From an uncultured delta proteobacterium (lineage in GTDB: Bacteria; Desulfobacterota; Desulfuromonadia; Geobacterales; DSM-12255): a DNA stretch of 64,000 nucleotides. The DNA is taken from positions 128,001 through 192,000 of the forward strand of contig CAWBBV010000007.1 in the NCBI GenBank assembly GCA_963787125.1. The letters are read 5' to 3'. Made by a program: the position numbers and the translations under genes. Positions 29,704 to 37,728 of the stretch are shown here, piece after piece. Under the pieces are notes generated by a model, which was given only the letters and a program-made list of their open reading frames with translations, was not told the origin of the DNA and ran no database searches. The number at the start of each line of letters is the position of its first letter. Position 1 is the first letter of the stretch.

Positions 29704-30900
29704 ATGAGCAAAGTTCTTATAATTGGAGCCGGTGGAGTCGGGCAGGTCGTCACCCATAAATGTGCTCAACGTCCGGATATTTTCAGTGAAATCACTCTTG
29801 CCTCACGGACGAAATCAAAATGCGATGCTATTGCCGCGCAGCTGGGCAACAGTATTCAGACAGCCAAAGTAGATGCCGATAATGTGCCGGAGCTGGTGGC
29901 CTTAATAAAGCAGGTACAGCCGAAACTGGTAATTAACGTGGCTCTTCCTTATCAGGATCTGACCATCATGGACGCCTGCCTTGAGACCGGCGTCGACTAT
30001 CTGGATACTGCCAATTATGAACCTCTCGATACCGCCAAGTTTGAATACTCATGGCAGTGGGCCTATCAGGAGCGCTTTAAGAGCGCCGGCCTCATGGCGC
30101 TGCTCGGGTCCGGTTTCGATCCCGGCGTCACCAATGTCTACACTGCTCTGGCCGCAAAGAAATACCTTGATGTTATTGAGGAGCTGGACATCATCGATGC
30201 CAACGCCGGCAGTCATGGTCAGCCCTTTGCTACCAACTTCAACCCGGAGATCAACATCCGCGAAGTGACTGCCATCTGCCGCCACTGGGAAAACGGCCAG
30301 TTTGTTGAGTCGCCACCACTCTCCACCAAAATGGTTTTTGATTTCCCCGAAGGGATCGGCCCCATGAACTGCTACCGCCTCTACCACGAGGAGATGGAGT
30401 CCATTGTCAAGCATATCCCGACCATCAAGAAAGCCCAGTTCTGGATGACCTTTTCCGAGAATTACCTCAAACATCTGGAAGTGCTGCAGAATGTGGGGAT
30501 GACCCGAATTGACGAGGTGGAGTTCAACGGTCAGAAGATCGTTCCGATCCAGTTCCTCAAAGCGCTCCTCCCCGATCCTGGCTCACTGGGACCGCTCACC
30601 AAGGGGAAGACCTGCATCGGCGTCATCGCCCGCGGCACAAAGGATGGCAAGCCGCGCCAGGTCTACATCTACAATATCTGCGATCACGAAGCCTGCTACA
30701 AGGAAGTTCAGTCCCAGGCCATCAGCTACACCACCGGCGTCCCGGCCGTTGTCGGCGCCATCATGATGCTGACCGGCAAGTGGCACGCAGCCGGTGTCTG
30801 GAACATGGAACAGTTCGATCCCGAACTGTTTTTGGAAGTGCTCGGGCCGATGGGCCTGCCGACAGTCGTCGTCGACGGCGGCGAATGGCCGGAGCTGTAA
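29704..30900 (+). CDS. carboxy(nor)spermidine dehydrogenase (saccharopine dehydrogenase family)
   Basis: IIGAGGVG, VALPYQDLTIMDAC, YLDTANYEP, GFDPGVT, FATNFNPEINIRE, AISYTTGVPA; adjacent to nspC. GAGGAG RBS at 29691; ATG at 29701 or 29704. Confidence 0.92.
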   Translation: MSKVLIIGAGGVGQVVTHKCAQRPDIFSEITLASRTKSKCDAIAAQLGNSIQTAKVDADNVPELVALIKQVQPKLVINVALPYQDLTIMDACLETGVDYLDTANYEPLDTAKFEYSWQWAYQERFKSAGLMALLGSGFDPGVTNVYTALAAKKYLDVIEELDIIDANAGSHGQPFATNFNPEINIREVTAICRHWENGQFVESPPLSTKMVFDFPEGIGPMNCYRLYHEEMESIVKHIPTIKKAQFWMTFSENYLKHLEVLQNVGMTRIDEVEFNGQKIVPIQFLKALLPDPGSLGPLTKGKTCIGVIARGTKDGKPRQVYIYNICDHEACYKEVQSQAISYTTGVPAVVGAIMMLTGKWHAAGVWNMEQFDPELFLEVLGPMGLPTVVVDGGEWPEL

Positions 30901-30904
30901 AGAG

Positions 30905-32059
30905 TTGACCGGAATCGAAATAAGCAAAATCCTGCAGCTCGCCCCTTCACCTGCCTATGTGGTTGATCTGGGACGGTTGCGCCATAATCTCGCCATTCTT
31001 GACCAGGTGCAGCAGCGTAGCGGGGCAAAAATCCTCATGGCGCTGAAAGCCTTTTCCATGTGGAGTGTTTTTCCGCTGATCCGGGAAACCCTGCAAGGGG
31101 TCTGCGCCAGCTCCCCCTGGGAAGCGCGCCTGGGGCGGGATAAGTTCGGTGGCGAGGTTCACTCCTTTGCTGCGGCGTTCAAGGAGAGTGACGTCATCGA
31201 GCTGCTTTCTATCTCCGACCATCTGGTTTTCAACTCCTTCAACCAACTGGAGCGGTTCCGCTCACTCTGGGAAAAAGAGCTGGGGCGAGTTTCCGTCGGC
31301 TTGCGGGTTAACCCGGAGCATTCCGAAGGGGCGGTGGCGATCTACGATCCCTGCGCCCCCAAGTCGCGGCTAGGTATCCCCCGAAGAGAGTTTGAGGGCC
31401 GGTCCCTGAGCGGAGTCGAAGGGCTGCATTTTCATACTCTCTGCGAACAGCTGTTTGAGCCGCTGGAACGTACTGCCAAGGCATTCGAAGAGAAGTTCGG
31501 CGAATTTCTGAACAAGATGAAATGGTTCAATCTGGGGGGGGGGCACCATATAACCCGTGACGGGTACGACCTCGATGGACTGATTGAACTGGTAAAATAT
31601 TTCCGGAAAAAGTACGACGTCGAAGTTTATCTGGAACCAGGCGAAGCGATTGCCATCGGTACCGGTATTCTCGTGGCCGAGGTGCTTGATATCGTGCGTA
31701 ATGAGATGGATATTGCCATCCTCGATGTTTCTGCCACCTGTCACATGCCCGATATCCTGGAGATGCCCTATAGACCCGGTATTTACGGTGGTTTTGCTGC
31801 CGGCGAGAAGCCCTACACCTACCGTCTCGGCGGCCCATCCTGTCTTGCCGGTGATATTATCGGCGACTGGTCTTTTGAAAAACCTTTAAAACCGGGTGAT
31901 CGGCTCGCATTTCTGGACATGGCGCACTACACCATGGTAAAAACAACAACCTTCAACGGTATCCGCCATCCGGACATCTGCACGTTCGAACCTGATACGG
32001 CAGAGTTAACGGTGGTACGCAGGTTCGGTTATGAGGATTTCAGAAGTCGTCTTTCATAG
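30905..32059 (+). CDS. nspC: carboxy(nor)spermidine decarboxylase
   Basis: PSPAYVVD, ALKAFS, LRVNPE, YDPCAP.SRLG, GLHFHTLCEQ, NLGGGHHITR, HMPD.LEMPY, DMAHYTMVKTTTFNG. TTG start at 30905 after GGAG. Confidence 0.93.
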   Translation: MTGIEISKILQLAPSPAYVVDLGRLRHNLAILDQVQQRSGAKILMALKAFSMWSVFPLIRETLQGVCASSPWEARLGRDKFGGEVHSFAAAFKESDVIELLSISDHLVFNSFNQLERFRSLWEKELGRVSVGLRVNPEHSEGAVAIYDPCAPKSRLGIPRREFEGRSLSGVEGLHFHTLCEQLFEPLERTAKAFEEKFGEFLNKMKWFNLGGGHHITRDGYDLDGLIELVKYFRKKYDVEVYLEPGEAIAIGTGILVAEVLDIVRNEMDIAILDVSATCHMPDILEMPYRPGIYGGFAAGEKPYTYRLGGPSCLAGDIIGDWSFEKPLKPGDRLAFLDMAHYTMVKTTTFNGIRHPDICTFEPDTAELTVVRRFGYEDFRSRLS

Positions 32060-32088
32060 ATGATTAGAAGAATAAAAGCATAAATCCA

Positions 32089-32167
32089 ACACAGAGATGC
32101 AGAGGCATAGAGAACTGATTTTTGAGCTACGATAAAGTGTTGCCACTGTGCCTCACTGTCTCTGTGT
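32089..32167. repeat. imperfect inverted-repeat element between nspC and speA
   Basis: ACACAGAGAtgcaGAGGCATAG (32089-32110) pairs with CTGTGCCTCactgTCTCTGTGT (32146-32167). Confidence 0.7.
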
Positions 32168-32183
32168 CTAATTGTCTTGAAAG

Positions 32184-34100
32184 GTGGTTACATTGGAAAA
32201 ATGGTCAATCAACGACTCCGCTAAAATCTACAACCTGGACAACTGGGGGGCTGATCTCTTCTCCATAAACAAGAAAGGGAATATCTGCGTTCATCCTTCG
32301 TCTAACTCCAAAAGTTCGATCGACCTGCGTGCCCTTATGGACGACCTGATCAAGCGGAAAATAAAACCGCCGATACTTCTCCGTTTCATGGACATCCTTC
32401 AGGGACGAATCGCCAGCATCAACAGGGTGTTCAAGAACGCCATTACTGAAAACGCTTATCCTGCCAAGTATCAGACTTTTTACCCAATAAAGGTGAACCA
32501 GCAGCGCCAGGTTGTAGAGGCGATTGCTCATTACGGCAAGCGCTACAATATCGGCCTTGAGGTCGGTTCCAAACCTGAACTGGTGGCCGGTATTGCCATT
32601 TCCAGCGGCAATAACCTGCCGATAATCTGTAACGGTTACAAGGATACGGAGTACATCGAGACTGTCCTTTATGCTACCAAGATCGGCTATGATATAACTT
32701 TGGTTATCGAAAAACTTTTCGAGCTGGAGAAGATTATCGAGTTGGTTAAAAAGACCGGTATTCAGCCCAAGCTGGGGATACGGGTCAAGCTCTCGTCAAA
32801 AGGGACCGGCAAGTGGGCGACCTCCGGCGGGGAGGATGCGAAGTTCGGCTTGCGGATGTCTGAAATTATCGGCGCGATCAATCTGCTTGAAGAGAATGGC
32901 CTGATAAGCAATGTCAAGCTGCTCCATTTTCATATCGGCAGCCAGATCACCAAAATAGATAAAATAAAGACTGCCCTGATTGAGGGGGCGCGGATTTACA
33001 CCGAACTGCGCAAACTCGGGGTCGGGATTGAGTATGTTGATATCGGCGGAGGTCTCGGCGTCGATTACGACGGCTCCAAGTCCAGCTACTTCTCCAGCGT
33101 CAACTACTCCATCGACGAATATGCCAATGACGTCATCTATCAGATCAAGAACATCTGCGACGATGCCGGGGTGGAATGTCCCAATATCATCTCCGAATCG
33201 GGCCGTGCAACAGTTGCCCACTACTCGGTGCTGGTAACCAACGTGCTCAACACCAACACCCAGCGGCTCACTCCCGACTTTGAAGAAGACCTGGCAACTG
33301 CCGAAAAGCTTGCCCCCACAGTCAAAAAACTGGTGGACATTCATAAAAGCATTGACCGCTATTCGCTGCGCGAAGATTACCACGATACCCAGCAGCTGAT
33401 TCAGGAAGCGGTCAGCCTCTTTAACCTCGGGTATCTGACCCTGCAGGAACGGGCAATGGCAGAGTGGCTCTACGGCAAGATTATCAAAAAGATCAACAGC
33501 ATTGTCGAGAAAATCAAGCCGATCCCCGAGGAGTTGCAGAACTTTCAGCTGGCTCTGCGCCAGACCTACTTTGCCAACTTCTCCCTTTTCCAGTCCATTC
33601 CCGACTCCTGGGCAATTGATCAGCTGTTCCCGATCATGCCGATTCAGCGACTTAACCAGAAACCTGATGTTCTTGCTTCAATTGCCGATATCACCTGTGA
33701 CTCGGACGGTGAAATTACCAGTTTTGTCGGTGAGAACGGCAGAGCCAAGGCGCTGCCGCTGCACAAGATCAAAAAGGATGAGGACTACTACATCGGATTC
33801 TTCCTGATCGGCGCGTATCAGGAGATTCTGGGCGATCTGCACAACCTTTTCGGTGATACCAATGCGGTACATATCACCTTCAATAAACGTACCGGCTACA
33901 TGATCGATACGGTTATCAATGGTGATGCCTGCTGGGAGAGCCTCAAATACGTCCAGTACAAAGGGCCAGAGATCCTCAAAAGAGTCCGTGAACACTTGGA
34001 GAAGGGGGTTGCCCAGAGGAAAGTCTCCATCGAGGAGAGCAGTCATTTTATTGAGCTGCTTGACCGGACTCTCCTGGGATATACCTATCTGGGGGAGTAA
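32184..34100 (+). CDS. speA: biosynthetic arginine decarboxylase
   Basis: YPIKVNQQ, GLEVGSKPEL, CNGYKD, HFHIGSQI, DIGGGLGVDYDGS, SESGRA, NFSLFQSIPDSWAIDQLFP, DITCDSDG, GAYQEILGDLHNLFGD. Confidence 0.95.
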   Translation: MVTLEKWSINDSAKIYNLDNWGADLFSINKKGNICVHPSSNSKSSIDLRALMDDLIKRKIKPPILLRFMDILQGRIASINRVFKNAITENAYPAKYQTFYPIKVNQQRQVVEAIAHYGKRYNIGLEVGSKPELVAGIAISSGNNLPIICNGYKDTEYIETVLYATKIGYDITLVIEKLFELEKIIELVKKTGIQPKLGIRVKLSSKGTGKWATSGGEDAKFGLRMSEIIGAINLLEENGLISNVKLLHFHIGSQITKIDKIKTALIEGARIYTELRKLGVGIEYVDIGGGLGVDYDGSKSSYFSSVNYSIDEYANDVIYQIKNICDDAGVECPNIISESGRATVAHYSVLVTNVLNTNTQRLTPDFEEDLATAEKLAPTVKKLVDIHKSIDRYSLREDYHDTQQLIQEAVSLFNLGYLTLQERAMAEWLYGKIIKKINSIVEKIKPIPEELQNFQLALRQTYFANFSLFQSIPDSWAIDQLFPIMPIQRLNQKPDVLASIADITCDSDGEITSFVGENGRAKALPLHKIKKDEDYYIGFFLIGAYQEILGDLHNLFGDTNAVHITFNKRTGYMIDTVINGDACWESLKYVQYKGPEILKRVREHLEKGVAQRKVSIEESSHFIELLDRTLLGYTYLGE

Positions 34101-34106
34101 GATATT

Positions 34107-35711
34107 TTGCAGAGGGTAGCCGCTTTTCTTAAAGACCATCCCGACTATTTCTGTGCAGCGCTGATAGCCGTGCTTGCATTTGGCTTGCGCTACTGGTTTT
34201 TCTGGAACTACCCTTATCCCCTGATGCTTCATGAGCAGGACGGCATCGCCTATATGTCGATTGCGAAAGATATTCTTTCGTTCAGAGTTCCTGCCAACCT
34301 GTTCATGCCGCCATTTTATCCATTTGTTATCGCTATTTTCTCGGTGCTGCCGATAAAGCTTGAGATTGCGGCCAGAGTTGCTGCCATAACCATGGATGCT
34401 CTGACAGTCTTTCCGCTGTATGGCCTGTCAAGGATCATTCTCCCTCGTTCAGCAGCGCTCGCGGTCGTTTTCCTCTGGGCAACATTCGGCTTCTGTCTTT
34501 ACTTTTCAGTATCACCTCTAAGCCAGTCTACTTATCTCTGTATGCTCCTTTTTGGAACATATCTCCTTTATCTGGCACTTCAGGATAGCTCAAAGACGTG
34601 GCTCTTCGGTCTGGCCGGCGCTTTGCTTGCAGCAGCCTACCTTACCCGTCCTGAAAGTGTGGTTGCCATCGGTGCAGGCCTTCTTCTGATCGTGATCGGT
34701 TCGCTGCGTCAAGGTTCTGATCGTCGCGAGCACATGAAAGGGGGGGCGGTTTTACTGCTGGTTTTTTTTGTCACCGCCCTGCCATATCTCCTTTTGCTCA
34801 GGAATCAGCTTGGTTTCTGGACATTTACCGGCAAGACGACCGTGGCGATCAAGGGGATTGACGGTTCGCTAACACTCGGCTCAAGTGGTGGAGCTGTCAA
34901 GAACGGTCTGGCTCTCTGGTTGGAGCAGTTTGGCGGTTTTTCAGGCGGAATTAAATTTATCAGCGGTAATATTTCCGGCTTTCTGCTGGCGCTGAAAAGT
35001 GTATTTCCTGACTGGATGAGTTATTTTGCACTTGGTGGAATTCCTTTTCTCTTGGTGGGGAGAAATTTATTCGGCAGACTCTTTCTGCTCATTCCTTTCA
35101 TTGGAACTCTGCCGGTATTTGTGGCAAATCTTCCCAAAGCTAATTCATATATTTATCCGCTTTATCCGCTTTATATGATCTCTTTCGTTGCAGCACTCCT
35201 TTTTATCGCTACCCTTGCCCGGAAAATAGTCAGAATACTGCCAGTCCCTGAGATTGTCGCAACGATACTGTTTTATGCCCTGCTTTTTGGGGCTCTGCCG
35301 AAGATCGCAATCTACAATTTCAATGAAACAGTAATCACTTTTACCCACCCTCAATATCTGCATCAGGTAAACATGGCCAACAGAGTGATGAAACCCGCGG
35401 CTGAAGACCTTAAGCGTTACTCTGGCGAGAAGGACATTGTGATGACCCGTTGGGGATTGATCTCCTATTTTGCAGAGAGACCCCTTATGATTATGCCCAA
35501 GGGGAGCATAGAGCAGGTGCTTGCAGACGGACGCAATAGCAATGCCAAATTCATCGTCATTGACACTGAATCCGTAGAGACAAGAAGGCAGGAGCTAGCC
35601 CCTTTGCTTGCTCCTCTGTATGGCAGAGCGATAGATCCTCGTTTGGGAATAGATGTCGTGTCAACCTGGCGCTCTGATGTCGGCGGTTATGTTCTTTATC
35701 GCTACAGATGA
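34107..35711 (+). CDS. ArnT/PMT-like GT-C membrane glycosyltransferase
   Basis: LAFGLR..F, EQDGIAYMSIA, PPFYP, LAAAYLTRPE, PYLL; about 11 TM segments and a C-terminal soluble domain. Confidence 0.72.
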   Translation: MQRVAAFLKDHPDYFCAALIAVLAFGLRYWFFWNYPYPLMLHEQDGIAYMSIAKDILSFRVPANLFMPPFYPFVIAIFSVLPIKLEIAARVAAITMDALTVFPLYGLSRIILPRSAALAVVFLWATFGFCLYFSVSPLSQSTYLCMLLFGTYLLYLALQDSSKTWLFGLAGALLAAAYLTRPESVVAIGAGLLLIVIGSLRQGSDRREHMKGGAVLLLVFFVTALPYLLLLRNQLGFWTFTGKTTVAIKGIDGSLTLGSSGGAVKNGLALWLEQFGGFSGGIKFISGNISGFLLALKSVFPDWMSYFALGGIPFLLVGRNLFGRLFLLIPFIGTLPVFVANLPKANSYIYPLYPLYMISFVAALLFIATLARKIVRILPVPEIVATILFYALLFGALPKIAIYNFNETVITFTHPQYLHQVNMANRVMKPAAEDLKRYSGEKDIVMTRWGLISYFAERPLMIMPKGSIEQVLADGRNSNAKFIVIDTESVETRRQELAPLLAPLYGRAIDPRLGIDVVSTWRSDVGGYVLYRYR

Positions 35712-35767
35712 TCTCTACCACCCTTGTTCATTCACCGGAAAGCTTGCATTAAAAGTCAGGGAAGTTT

Positions 35768-36256
35768 ATGGCAAAGGAAAAGACGCCGGTTACTGCGGCA
35801 ATAAGGCAGTTGCGAAGTGAAAGTACAGTTTTCAGCGAGCATCTTTATCAGTATGAAGAGAAAGGTGGCACGGCTGCCTCTGCCCGCGAACTGGAGCTTG
35901 ACGAGCATGCTGTCGTCAAGACCCTTATCATGGCGGACGAGCGGAAAAACCCGCTCATTGTCCTGATGCATGGCGACTGTCAGGTTTCAACAAAAGAGTT
36001 GGCACGCTTCCTAGGAGTAAAACAGATAACCCCATGTTCTCCTGAAACTGCCAATAAGCATACAGGCTATCTTGTGGGCGGCACATCGCCTTTCGGGACG
36101 AAAAAAGCTCTGCCGGTCTACATGGAGGAGAGCATTCTCTGTCTGGAGAAGATCTATCTGAACGGCGGAAAACGCGGTTTTCTGGTGGGGATTACCCCGA
36201 CTGATCTGGTGAGAGTGCTGCGACCAGTTCTTGTTGCGGTGGGGATAAAGAGCTAG
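35768..36256 (+). CDS. ybaK: Cys-tRNA(Pro) deacylase YbaK
   Basis: TAAIRQL, VVKTL, TGYLVGGTSPFG, LNGGKRGFLV. Confidence 0.88.
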   Translation: MAKEKTPVTAAIRQLRSESTVFSEHLYQYEEKGGTAASARELELDEHAVVKTLIMADERKNPLIVLMHGDCQVSTKELARFLGVKQITPCSPETANKHTGYLVGGTSPFGTKKALPVYMEESILCLEKIYLNGGKRGFLVGITPTDLVRVLRPVLVAVGIKS

Positions 36257-36290
36257 GATCGAACTGCTGTGTGCAAAAACAGAACTGAAA

Positions 36291-37496
36291 TTACCCTTCC
36301 AGAAACAGCTCTTCCGGCTCTTCCACCAGCTCTTTCACTCTTTTGAGGAACAGTACCGCCTCTTTGCCGTCGATCAGGCGGTGGTCGTAGGAAAGTGCCA
36401 GATACATCATCGGTCTGATGACAATGGCTCCTTCCCTGACGACGGCTCTCTCCTGGATGGCATGCATCCCGAGCACGGCGCTCTGGGGTGGATTGATGAT
36501 CGGGGTGGAGAGCATGGAACCGTAGACGCCGCCGTTGGTGATGGTGAACGTCCCCCCTTCCAGATCGGCTATGGTAATCTGATTCGCTTTGACCTTTTGC
36601 GAAAAATCGGCGATGCCTTTCTCAATCTCCCAGAAGTGCAGTCTGTCCGCCCCCTTCAATACCGGCACGACAAGTCCTTTTTCTCCGCCGACGGCAATGC
36701 CGATATCGTAAAATTCGTGGTAGACGATGTCACTGCCGTCGATCCGGGCATTGACGGCCGGATACTCACGCAGCGCCTCGCAGCAGCTCTTGACAAAGAA
36801 CGACATGAAGCCGAGGGGGGCGCCGTGGCGCTCTTTCATCTGCTCCTTGTGGCGAGAGCGCAGCTCAATAATCCGGCTCATGTCAGCTTCATTAAAGGTA
36901 GTCAGCATGGCGGTCTGCTGCCGTGCCGCCAGCAGCCGCTCGGCGATCCGCTTTCTGATGGGGCTCATGGGGACCCGCCGCTCTCCTGTAACCGCGGGTG
37001 CAGTTACGGCAGGCGCGGCCCGGTATTCAACCGGCTCTTCAGAACGGACAGAACCAACTTTCTCTATGGCAACCTTTTGACCGTCTGTCTCCTCCTGACT
37101 CCTGATCCCTGCCTTAACAATATCCTCCGGAGTTATACGCCCCCCCTTGCCGCTGCCGGCGACGGCTGCCATGTCAACCTTCAGTTCAGCCGCTACTTTA
37201 CGGGCTGATGGCGTCGATGGCGGCGGTAGCTGAGCCTCCCCGGCTGCTGGTGGTAACGAGGCGTCGTCGATCTCGGTGATTTCCCCGATGATCGTGCCGA
37301 TCTTGACGGTCTCACCTTCAGGAACCAGCTGGTGCAAAATGCCTGCAGCATCAGCCTGAAGGTTGAAGGTTATTTTGTCGGTCTCCAGTTCACAGACGGC
37401 TTCGTCCTTTGCCACCATGGCGCCGCTCTCTTTCAGCCATTTGCCGACCAGCGCCTCAACAACCGATTCACCGACAGCTGGGACTTTTATCTCCAT
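36291..37496 (-). CDS. sucB: 2-oxoglutarate dehydrogenase E2 (dihydrolipoyl succinyltransferase)
   Basis: True start [11 protein letters not shown] at 37496 with AGGAGGA RBS; lipoyl ETDK, E3-binding [36 protein letters not shown]. Confidence 0.95.
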   Translation of the reverse strand: MEIKVPAVGESVVEALVGKWLKESGAMVAKDEAVCELETDKITFNLQADAAGILHQLVPEGETVKIGTIIGEITEIDDASLPPAAGEAQLPPPSTPSARKVAAELKVDMAAVAGSGKGGRITPEDIVKAGIRSQEETDGQKVAIEKVGSVRSEEPVEYRAAPAVTAPAVTGERRVPMSPIRKRIAERLLAARQQTAMLTTFNEADMSRIIELRSRHKEQMKERHGAPLGFMSFFVKSCCEALREYPAVNARIDGSDIVYHEFYDIGIAVGGEKGLVVPVLKGADRLHFWEIEKGIADFSQKVKANQITIADLEGGTFTITNGGVYGSMLSTPIINPPQSAVLGMHAIQERAVVREGAIVIRPMMYLALSYDHRLIDGKEAVLFLKRVKELVEEPEELFLEG

Positions 37497-37542
37497 AGAC
37501 TCCTCCTGAGTAGCTTGACAAATATAAACCTTAAAATCGTTT

Positions 37543-37719
37543 GCCACGGATGACACGGATTTACACGGATAAAACCTTAAAGGCAAAATCATTTTCAGGG
37601 TAAACCCTAAAACCGTTTTCAGCTTTTCTCTGCGCCTCTGTGCTTTAGGCCCTGTGGGTCCTCCGTGAGAGACAAAATTTTTAGGGTTTCCATCCGTGTA
37701 AATCCGTGTCATCCGTGGC
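37543..37719. repeat. perfect 28-bp inverted repeat built of CACGGAT units, enclosing a second repeat half (MITE/REP-like element)
   Basis: GCCACGGATGACACGGATTTACACGGAT (37543-37570) is the exact reverse complement of 37692-37719; an inner CTCTGCGCCTCTGTG..CTCCGTGAGA tract lies at ~37627-37670. Confidence 0.85.
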
Positions 37720-37728
37720 TAAGATTAT

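Noticed and set aside
30794..30904. N-terminal extension of NspC in the ORF track
   Set aside because: It overlaps the CASDH gene by more than 100 nt; TTG 30905 has an RBS and matches the family start.
37497..37712. 72-aa N-terminal extension of SucB in the ORF track
   Set aside because: It reads through the palindromic repeat element; a strong AGGAGGA precedes ATG 37496, where lipoyl-domain homology starts.
37543..37719. CRISPR array
   Set aside because: Repeats are inverted and short-period, with no repeat-spacer structure and no cas genes.
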